Made by a program: the position numbers and the translations under genes. Shown here in pieces: positions 11,193 to 17,444 of a stretch of 17,444 bases of DNA. Positions within the stretch are counted from its first letter, which is position 1, and every line of letters begins with the position of its first letter. This DNA is from Myxococcales bacterium (GTDB taxonomy: Bacteria; Myxococcota_A; UBA9042). The notes under the pieces were generated by a model, which was not told the DNA's origin, did no database searches, and saw nothing but the letters and a program-made list of their open reading frames with translations. The stretch spans positions 1 to 17,444 of the forward strand of contig JBBISH010000125.1 in NCBI GenBank assembly GCA_037441385.1, read 5' to 3'.

Positions 11193-12476
11193 TCAGACCG
11201 CGCGGATCATCGCGTCCAGGCGTTGCAGACCGGCGCGCATGGTCTCGGCCTCGGGGCCAAACGACAGGCGGACAAAGCTGCGCAGGCGGCTGGGGATGTG
11301 CGAGCGGCGCTTGCCCGGGTTGATGTCGAAGAATTCGCCCGGCACGACGATGACGTTGTGCTCCAGCGCGGCGCGGAAGAAGGCGTGGCCATCGGCGAGC
11401 TGCGGCGGCAGATTCTCCAGGCTGGCAAAGCAGTAGAAGGCCCCCTCGGGCGGCAGATCCACCTGCAGGCCCATCGCCCGGCAGCGGTCCAGCATCTCGT
11501 GACGTTTGCTGGCAAAAGCGGCTTGGATCGAGCGCGCTTCCTGGTCGGCTACGGCCGCGCTCAGCAAAGGCAGGGCCGCCTTCTGCAGGGGATGCGACGG
11601 GCCGCCATCCAGGAACGAACCCGCGGAAACTACCCGTTCGATCAAAGACTTGGGTCCTACGGTCCAGGCGAGGCGCCACCCTGGATAGCGCCAGTTCTTG
11701 GTCAGCCCGTCTACGACCACCACCGGATCGCGGTCCACGTCGTCGACATAGCGCGCGGCTGACAGAGCTGGTCCGTCGCTTTGGGCGGCCGCGTCGTACA
11801 GGTAGTGGCTATAGAACTCGTCAAAAATCAAAGCACAATGCAGGCTGCGCGCCGCATCGACCCAGGCCCGCAAGGCCCCGCCGCGGAGCGCCTGGCCGGT
11901 TGGATTGCACGGGTTCGACAGCAGCACCGCCGACAGACCCTTGCCCACGATCTCGGCTTTCAGACGCGCGGGTGACAACATGAAGTGCTCAGCGCGCTCC
12001 AATACGATCGGAATGGGCACGAAAGCGCGGAAGATCGTAAGCAGTTCTTCGTAGGCCGTGTAGTCGGGCAGCACATGGCCCAAGTGCACGTTGCCCAGGG
12101 TGGCGGCAACACGCGTCAGGGCCGAGCGACCGCCCGACGAAATCGCCACGTTTTCGGCGCTGTACTGGCTGGGCATGCCGCGGCGGTAGCGGGCGTTGTA
12201 CAGCTGGGCCACGGCGTCGCGCAGCTCCATCAAGCCGCCGACGGGCGCGTACTCGGCGCTCGCGTCGTCGCAGGGCACGCTCTGGATGCGATCGTAACCG
12301 CCGGGCAAGGGGCCGGTTTCGGGCGCGCCCTGGCCCAGGTTGGCCCAGTCGGGGTGGCCGTAGCGGAAGCCGCGCGCCTGGGCTTCGGCCATCACGTAGA
12401 TGACACCGGTGCGCGGAACAGGCCGAAACATAGGCAGAATGTCGTCGCTGGACGCGGGCGGAACCAAGTTGCTCAT
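11193..12476 (-). CDS. PLP-dependent aminotransferase, class I/II
   Basis: NLGQGAPE, YAPVGGLMELRDAVA, SNPCNPTG, IFDEFY, GLTKNWRYPGWR (PLP lysine), PEGAFY, VPGEFF, VRLSFG. ATG 12476 was chosen because the ORF-track start (12605) overlaps queG. Confidence 0.93.
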   Translation of the reverse strand: MSNLVPPASSDDILPMFRPVPRTGVIYVMAEAQARGFRYGHPDWANLGQGAPETGPLPGGYDRIQSVPCDDASAEYAPVGGLMELRDAVAQLYNARYRRGMPSQYSAENVAISSGGRSALTRVAATLGNVHLGHVLPDYTAYEELLTIFRAFVPIPIVLERAEHFMLSPARLKAEIVGKGLSAVLLSNPCNPTGQALRGGALRAWVDAARSLHCALIFDEFYSHYLYDAAAQSDGPALSAARYVDDVDRDPVVVVDGLTKNWRYPGWRLAWTVGPKSLIERVVSAGSFLDGGPSHPLQKAALPLLSAAVADQEARSIQAAFASKRHEMLDRCRAMGLQVDLPPEGAFYCFASLENLPPQLADGHAFFRAALEHNVIVVPGEFFDINPGKRRSHIPSRLRSFVRLSFGPEAETMRAGLQRLDAMIRAV

Positions 12477-12489
12477 CGCGATCTCGGGG

Positions 12490-13659
12490 TCACGTGTTGC
12501 GACCTGGGGTGGCATTCTGGTCGGAACCGCGCGGGGGCGCAAAACCTTTGGACTGCTCGCGGCCCTGCCGCACTGCGGCCACGTTGTCCAGCAGGCCCGC
12601 GGCACCGCGGCGCTTCAGCGAACTGCCTGCAAGTGCTGGTGTTTCGGGATCGCGGCACAGCGCCTCGACCAAGCCAAGCTGCGGCGCGAGCAGGCCGGGG
12701 CGCGGCTCGAAGGCCGCTTCGCCGCTGGGCGTGCTGAACCGATTGAAGGGACACACCTCTTGGCAGCGGTCGCAGCCAAACAGGTGATCGCCCAGCAAGG
12801 CTCTGTACTCGCCCGGGATCGCCCCTTCGACTTCGATGCTGGCGTGGCTGATGCAACGGCGCGCGTCCACGACCCGCTCGGCGACGATGGCGCCGGTCGG
12901 GCAGGCGTCGATGCAGGCGGTGCAGGTCCCGCAGTGATCGACCTCGGGCGCGTCGCAGTCCAACTCCAGGGTGGTGATCACCCCAGCCAGAAAAACATAG
13001 CTACCGCCATGGGGTTGCACGAGCAGGCTGTGTTTGCCGCGCCAGCCCAGACCGGCCCGCTCGGCCCAAGCGCGCTCCAGCAGCGGCCCGTGGTCCACAT
13101 AGCGGCGAAAGTCGCGAATCCCCTTGAACTTGCCTGGATCCTGGCCAGGCCCGCGAAAATCCTCGGCCAGCTCGGGCTGCAAGGCCTGCACCACGCTCTC
13201 TTCAAAGACTTTCAGGCGCTTTTCGACCAGATCGTGGTAGTCGTCGCCCCAGGCGTAGCGCGACACCCACGCCTGGTCCGGCCCCAGCGTCACCTCGCGG
13301 CTGGTCGGGCGATCGGTTTGGTAGTTCACGGTCAGCGCGATCACGCTGCGGGCGCCGGGCACCACCAACGCGGGATCGCAGCGCCGCTCGGGTTCTTCGG
13401 CCAGCCACACCATCGTTGCGTGCATGCCGGCGGCGAGCCAGGTCTGCAAGTGCTGCAGGTCCTGGTGCAGCACCACGGCCGGGGCAATGCCGACGGCCGA
13501 AAAGCCTGCCTTTCTAGCCAGTTCTTTGACAAGCGCCGTGCGCCGGGCCCGCGTCTGCTCCGGCGTCTCGCCCCAGGTCGGCAGGGCCTTGCAGCGCTCG
13601 CGCCGCCGCCGCTCCGACTTGGTCAGGACCAGGTACAGGTCGGGATCGTCGTCGACCAT
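12490..13659 (-). CDS. queG: tRNA epoxyqueuosine(34) reductase
   Basis: VSRYAWGDDYH, YVDHGPLLERAWAERAGLGWRGKH, HCGTCTACIDACPTGA, DARRCIS, FGCDRCQEVCPFN. Start overlaps the ABC-F stop (TGATG). Confidence 0.93.
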   Translation of the reverse strand: MVDDDPDLYLVLTKSERRRRERCKALPTWGETPEQTRARRTALVKELARKAGFSAVGIAPAVVLHQDLQHLQTWLAAGMHATMVWLAEEPERRCDPALVVPGARSVIALTVNYQTDRPTSREVTLGPDQAWVSRYAWGDDYHDLVEKRLKVFEESVVQALQPELAEDFRGPGQDPGKFKGIRDFRRYVDHGPLLERAWAERAGLGWRGKHSLLVQPHGGSYVFLAGVITTLELDCDAPEVDHCGTCTACIDACPTGAIVAERVVDARRCISHASIEVEGAIPGEYRALLGDHLFGCDRCQEVCPFNRFSTPSGEAAFEPRPGLLAPQLGLVEALCRDPETPALAGSSLKRRGAAGLLDNVAAVRQGREQSKGFAPPRGSDQNATPGRNT

Positions 13660-15236
13660 CAGTGTCCGTAGCGCTCGACGAATTCTTCGTAGCCGCCCTG
13701 GAAGTCCAAGATTTCGTTGTCACGGATTCGCCAGATGCGCGTGCAGGCTTCGCTGAGCACGTTGCGGTCGTGGGTGGCCAGGAACAGCGTGCCCTTGTAC
13801 TCGGCCAGACCTTCGGCCAGCGCCGAGCAGCCTTCCAGGTCCAAGTGGTTGGTCGGCTCGTCCAGCACCAAGACGTTGTACTTCAAGAACATGAGCTTGC
13901 AGAACAGCATGCGCACGCGCTCGCCGCCCGACAAGGTCGCGGTCTGCTTCAAGCCCTCTTCGCCGCGGAACAGCATCCGGCCCAGAAGTCCGCGCACGTC
14001 CTCTAGATCCGCGCCCGGTTTGAAGTCGTGCAGCCAGCGATCGATGGTCTTGCCCCCCTCGATGGCGTCTTCGTGCTCTTGCGGCAGGTAGCCCCAGTGC
14101 GTCTCGTGCCCGCGCTCCATCTTGCCCGTGCTCGCTTGGAGATCCCCAATCAACATGCGGAGCAGGGTGGTCTTGCCGGCGCCGTCCTTGCCGATGATGC
14201 CGATGCGCTCGCCGCGGTTGACGTGGGCGCGGAACTCGCCAAACACCGGCCCGGTGCCGTAGTCCTTGGTCAGGTGCTCGAATTCGACCACGTGCTTGCC
14301 CGACTCGCGGGCGATCTCAAAGCGGATGAACGGCCGGGCGATGTTGCTGCGTTTGATGTCCGACGGTTGCAGCTTCTCGATAAGCTTCTTGCGGCTCTGC
14401 ACCTGGGTGGCGCGGGTACCGGCCGAGAACTTGGCGATGAACTCCTTCAGATCGCTGATCTTCTTCTCGCGCTGCGCGTGCTGGGCGGCCTGGCGGTCGC
14501 GCATGGCGGCCTTGGTGCGCACCATCTCGTCGTAGTTGCCGGGGTAGGTGATGATCGTCTCGAAGTCGATGTCGGCGATGTGGGTGCAGACGTCGTTCAA
14601 GAAGGTCCGGTCGTGCGAGATGACGATGAGGACACCCTGATAATTCAGCAGGAATTCCTCAAGCCACTCGATCGACTCCAGGTCCAAGTGGTTGGTCGGT
14701 TCGTCCAGCAGCAGGCAGTCGGGGTGGCCGAACAGGGCCTGCGCCAGCAGCACCCGCAGCTTGTAACCGCCAGACAGCTCTGACATTTGCAGATGGTGCA
14801 TCTCGGCCGGGATGCCCAGGCCCTGCAGCAATTCCTCCGCCTCGGACTCGGCGACGTAGCCGTTCTCTTCGGCAATGATTCCTTCTAGTTCCGCCAAGCG
14901 CATGCCGGCTTCGTCGCCGTGGTCGTCGCCCTCGTAGATGCGCGCCTGCTCTTGCCGCGCCTCCCACAGCGCCACGTTGCCCATCATCACCGTGTCCAGC
15001 GCGGTGTGCTCGTTGAACAGGCTGTGATCCTGCTTCAAGAACGCGGTCTTCTTGGGTTTGGACACCGTGCCGCGGTCGGGCTCCAGCGTGCCGGCCAGGA
15101 TCTTCATGAACGTCGACTTGCCAGCACCGTTGGGGCCCGACAGGCCATAGCGATTGCCAGGGGCAAACGAGGTCGTTACGTCGATGAAAAGCTTCTTTCC
15201 ACCATAAGTTTTGGAGACATCGGCGACAGTCAGCAT
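13659..15236 (-). CDS. ybiT: ABC-F family ribosome-associated ATPase, YbiT-like
   Basis: Two ABC domains and no TM segments: GPNGAGKST, LSGGYKLRVLLAQALF, LLLDEPTNHLD, ISHDR; GKDGAGKTT, LSGGERVRM, LVLDEPTNHLD. GNRYGL, KLRVLLAQALF and YPGNYDE are YbiT-type. AAGGA RBS. Confidence 0.88.
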   Translation of the reverse strand: MLTVADVSKTYGGKKLFIDVTTSFAPGNRYGLSGPNGAGKSTFMKILAGTLEPDRGTVSKPKKTAFLKQDHSLFNEHTALDTVMMGNVALWEARQEQARIYEGDDHGDEAGMRLAELEGIIAEENGYVAESEAEELLQGLGIPAEMHHLQMSELSGGYKLRVLLAQALFGHPDCLLLDEPTNHLDLESIEWLEEFLLNYQGVLIVISHDRTFLNDVCTHIADIDFETIITYPGNYDEMVRTKAAMRDRQAAQHAQREKKISDLKEFIAKFSAGTRATQVQSRKKLIEKLQPSDIKRSNIARPFIRFEIARESGKHVVEFEHLTKDYGTGPVFGEFRAHVNRGERIGIIGKDGAGKTTLLRMLIGDLQASTGKMERGHETHWGYLPQEHEDAIEGGKTIDRWLHDFKPGADLEDVRGLLGRMLFRGEEGLKQTATLSGGERVRMLFCKLMFLKYNVLVLDEPTNHLDLEGCSALAEGLAEYKGTLFLATHDRNVLSEACTRIWRIRDNEILDFQGGYEEFVERYGH

Positions 15237-15333
15237 GGAGTCCTTGGCGTTCTTGGGTCTTTTTGCCCAAAACTCTTGATGAATCGGAAGTTTGGGGCTT
15301 TCGCGCGACCGCGGGCCGGTCGGCGGGGGCGGC

Positions 15334-15362
15334 AGTGTACCGGCAAATGGGCCAATGCGCTA
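15334..15362 (-). promoter_or_regulatory. Possible sigma-70-type promoter for the ABC-F/queG/aminotransferase genes
   Basis: TAGCGC-N17-TACACT on the minus strand, about 100 nt upstream of ATG 15236. Confidence 0.35.
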
Positions 15363-15947
15363 CGGGTTTTCGCCTGACCCCGCGGCCAGGAATCGGCGAA
15401 TGCTCCGCACGGCGCGCTGCACCGACTCGTCGCTGAGGCCCAAGATGGCGTCGTCGTCAAACTCGCCAAGCGGCAACCAGCGGCAGTCGTTGGCATCGTC
15501 GCCGGCACGCACCGCGATCTTGCGCGATCGGAACAGCAGGCGGACGTCCAGGTGCGCGTGCTCGGGCTGCTCCTTGCGCGCCGGAATCGTGTGGATGTCC
15601 AGATCCAACGGCATGGCCAGCAGCTCCAGGTCGGTCAGGCCAGTCTCCTCGGCGACTTCGCGGCGGGCCGCGCTCTCCAAGTCCGCGTCCGTGGGCTCAA
15701 AATGACCGCCCGGCTGCAGCCAGCGATGCAGTTTGCTGTGGTAGATGAGCAGCAGGCTGCCGCGATCGGGCGACAGGACGAAGGCGCTGGCCGTGAAGTG
15801 ACCCGGATCGAAGTGGTCGCGGTCCAGGGCGCGGCCGCCGCGGTCGAGCAGGGCAATCATCGCCCCCTGATGTGCCTGCTCGTCGCGGGTGCTGGGCGGG
15901 TGGTTCTGGAGCAGGCGGCGCAGGTCGGGGATGCGGGGATCGGTCAT
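15360..15947 (-). CDS. NUDIX hydrolase
   Basis: Nudix box PGGHFEPTDADLESAARREVAEETGL; subfamily motifs GHFTASAFV, H.KL.RWLQPGGH, DLDIHTIP...HAHLDVR. ATG 15947 is preferred because the ORF-track start 16034 lies inside the terminator. Confidence 0.9.
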   Translation of the reverse strand: MTDPRIPDLRRLLQNHPPSTRDEQAHQGAMIALLDRGGRALDRDHFDPGHFTASAFVLSPDRGSLLLIYHSKLHRWLQPGGHFEPTDADLESAARREVAEETGLTDLELLAMPLDLDIHTIPARKEQPEHAHLDVRLLFRSRKIAVRAGDDANDCRWLPLGEFDDDAILGLSDESVQRAVRSIRRFLAAGSGENP

Positions 15948-16025
15948 GGTGAGCTCGGTTGGGCGCGGCAGGCGCGGTGGCCTGGGTTCTACGGCGGACA
16001 CGACCGTGGAAGCAAGAAGGTGCCC

Positions 16026-16069
16026 AAAAAGCAACTCGGCGGCCGGACTTTCGTCGCGGCCGCCGGAGT
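16026..16069 (-). terminator. Rho-independent terminator
   Basis: Minus strand: ACTC-CGGCGGCCG-C-GAC-GAAA-GTC-CGGCCGCCG-AGT-TGCTTTTT, a GC-rich stem with GNRA tetraloop and U-tract. Confidence 0.8.
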
Positions 16070-16280
16070 GGTGGGCGAAGGTGGCAAGTGAGGAAGAGGC
16101 GCGTAGATCCAGCCGAAAACCAAGAAGAACTATGGTGTGTCGCGGCTCACTCCCTGACGGTGAGCTTTGGACCGGGTCGGCGGGCCGCTACCTCCTTGGG
16201 TGACACCGAGGCGAACTCGGCGCTGGGAAGGGAGGTTTGGAAAGGAGTTAGGATTCACACAGGGATTCCGTTCGCACCGA
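16026..16280 (-). ncRNA. Candidate sigma-54-dependent small RNA (~255 nt), unknown family
   Basis: Bounded by a consensus -24/-12 promoter and an intrinsic terminator. Contains several hairpins and no ATG-initiated ORF. Start inferred 12 nt after the -12 GC. Confidence 0.6.
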
Positions 16281-16290
16281 ACTGATAGAT

Positions 16291-16307
16291 AGCAAGGGCC
16301 GTGCCAA
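16291..16307 (-). promoter_or_regulatory. Sigma-54 (RpoN) -24/-12 promoter
   Basis: Minus strand TTGGCACGGCCCTTGCT matches YTGGCACG-N4-TTGCW, with GG (16305-16304) and GC (16293-16292) 10 nt apart, in intergenic DNA. Confidence 0.88.
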
Positions 16308-16401
16308 GTTCGATAACATGGCGAAATAATACAGTATATTGTTGTTCTGACGCGATCCACACCCTTGGCGAGGGCCGGCATGCCCAGGGAGGGATGTCGC
16401 T

Positions 16402-16488
16402 ACTGTCTCAAGTTGAGAAACTGCGTCGGTCCGCGTCAATTGACGCGGTGCGTCGAACTGCCCAGTAACTGTCTCAAGTTGAGAAACT
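16402..16488. promoter_or_regulatory. Pair of identical 21-bp palindromic sites (putative upstream activator sequences) flanking an 18-bp perfect palindrome
   Basis: ACTGTCTCAAGTTGAGAAACT at 16402-16422 and 16468-16488 (66-bp period; core TCTCAA-G-TTGAGA). CCGCGTCAATTGACGCGG at 16431-16448. Confidence 0.75.
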
Positions 16489-16550
16489 TCCACACCTGCG
16501 GCACCCGCGGCGCGAAATTTCAGGGATTGCGCAGCCCAGCCCCGCAGCCG

Positions 16551-17444
16551 TCAACGCAACATGGCCGGGTTCTGCGTCAGCGGCGAGCCGAATTTCGCGG
16601 CCGCGTACTGGTTGAACGAAGTGTGCACGTTGATTACCGGCACCTTGGTCGAGGTGATCAAGAAGTTGGTCGAACTCTTGAGCGATCCGCCCTCGAAGCC
16701 CCAGCCCACGCAGCCGTCTTGCGTCACGGTCACGGCGTACGGCGAGTAGGACTGCATCCCCGAGACGGTCTCGCTGCCATCCAAGAACCGGAAGCCAAAT
16801 GCGCGCTCCCAGGTGCCCGTGCCCGCGAACTTGTAGTGGACCATCTTGTTGCAGAGGCCGACGTAGACCTGTCGGCCCTCGCTGGATTGGGCCTGCAGCG
16901 CCTTGATCTGGTCCGCGGTGAGCACGGTCTGGAAGTTGGCCGCCAGCCACACCCAGCCCATGGCCGCGCTCTGCTTGGCAAAGGGCAGGTCGGCCTTGTA
17001 TTGGATGACCGTCCAGCCGCCGCCGTCCGTGTCCATGTCGCACGGCACGCTGACCAACTGGCTGGCGATGGCGAGCCAGTAGTTGCCACTCTTGGATGCG
17101 GGGTTCAGGTTCTTGATGGCCTTGCACGTGGGCGCGGGCGTGTCCTGGCTCCCGTACAAGGTGCAGATCGTGCCGTTGCCCAGGTAGCCTGGGTTGCATT
17201 TGCAGCTGTAGCTGCCGGTGGTGTTGCTGCAGGTAGCGTCCGTGGCGCAAGCCGCCAGGCCGACCGCGCACTCGTCCACGTCGGTGCAGGTCTTGCCGTC
17301 GCCCTGGAAACCGGCCTTGCAGGTGCATTGGACGCTGCCGGGCAGGTTGGTGCAGTCGGCGTTGGCACTGCAGCCCGCGGTCTTCAAGGCGCATTCGTCG
17401 ATGTCGGTGCAGGTCTTGCCGTTGCCCGTGTAGCCCGGCTTGCA
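16551..17444 (-). CDS. Calcium-binding EGF-repeat protein with C-terminal fibrinogen/COLFI-like domain (N-terminus outside the window)
   Basis: Frame is open to the window edge: [18 protein letters not shown]...[29 protein letters not shown]...[23 protein letters not shown], then [10 protein letters not shown]...SGNYW...[11 protein letters not shown]. Confidence 0.88.
   Translation of the reverse strand, partial: CKPGYTGNGKTCTDIDECALKTAGCSANADCTNLPGSVQCTCKAGFQGDGKTCTDVDECAVGLAACATDATCSNTTGSYSCKCNPGYLGNGTICTLYGSQDTPAPTCKAIKNLNPASKSGNYWLAIASQLVSVPCDMDTDGGGWTVIQYKADLPFAKQSAAMGWVWLAANFQTVLTADQIKALQAQSSEGRQVYVGLCNKMVHYKFAGTGTWERAFGFRFLDGSETVSGMQSYSPYAVTVTQDGCVGWGFEGGSLKSSTNFLITSTKVPVINVHTSFNQYAAAKFGSPLTQNPAMLR

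Noticed and set aside
16225..16251. Strong plus-strand SD words (GGAGGT, AAAGGAG) suggesting a hidden plus-strand gene
   Set aside because: No start codon at a suitable distance; better read as the CU-rich tract of the minus-strand RNA.
16402..16488. Mini-CRISPR reading of two palindromic 21-bp direct repeats with a 45-bp spacer
   Set aside because: Only two short units, the spacer itself holds a palindrome, no cas genes are present, and the position fits sigma-54 enhancer sites better.
16130..16493. Small minus-strand ORFs 16130..16381 and 16248..16493 (the latter with repeated VSQLETV)
   Set aside because: Both run through the promoter, and the second also through the enhancer-like boxes; the peptide repeat only reflects the 66-bp DNA period. 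A 42-codon GTG-16258 sub-ORF has only a weak RBS and is not fully excluded.

Overview
GC-rich bacterial chromosomal segment. The Cys-rich surface proteins, sigma-54 elements and GyrB with the long C-terminal insertion suggest a Myxococcota/deltaproteobacterial genome, but this is inference. Left to right: a RegB/PrrB-like sensor kinase (3' end outside the window, missed by the ORF track) divergent from an NtrC-family sigma-54 response regulator. A minus-strand block follows: OprB/MnoP-type porin, DsbA-like protein lacking CxxC, RluA-family pseudouridine synthase, gyrB, a Cys-rich lipoprotein frameshifted by an exact 107-bp tandem duplication, class I/II aminotransferase, queG, YbiT-like ABC-F ATPase and a NUDIX hydrolase. 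Then a ~600-bp non-coding interval and the 3' part of an EGF-repeat protein. Three observations stand out. (1) An unannotated sigma-54 transcription unit at ~16026-16488: two identical palindromic enhancer-like sites, a consensus -24/-12 promoter, and a ~255-nt structured, apparently non-coding RNA ending in a GAAA-loop intrinsic terminator (candidate new sRNA). (2) A C-terminal domain that aligns by eye with the animal fibrillar-collagen C-propeptide (COLFI)/Caspr fibrinogen-like domain. (3) The 107-bp frameshifting duplication, which could be an ON/OFF switch or an assembly artefact. No rRNA, tRNA, CRISPR array or mobile element was recognised. All family assignments come from motif recognition; no searches were run.
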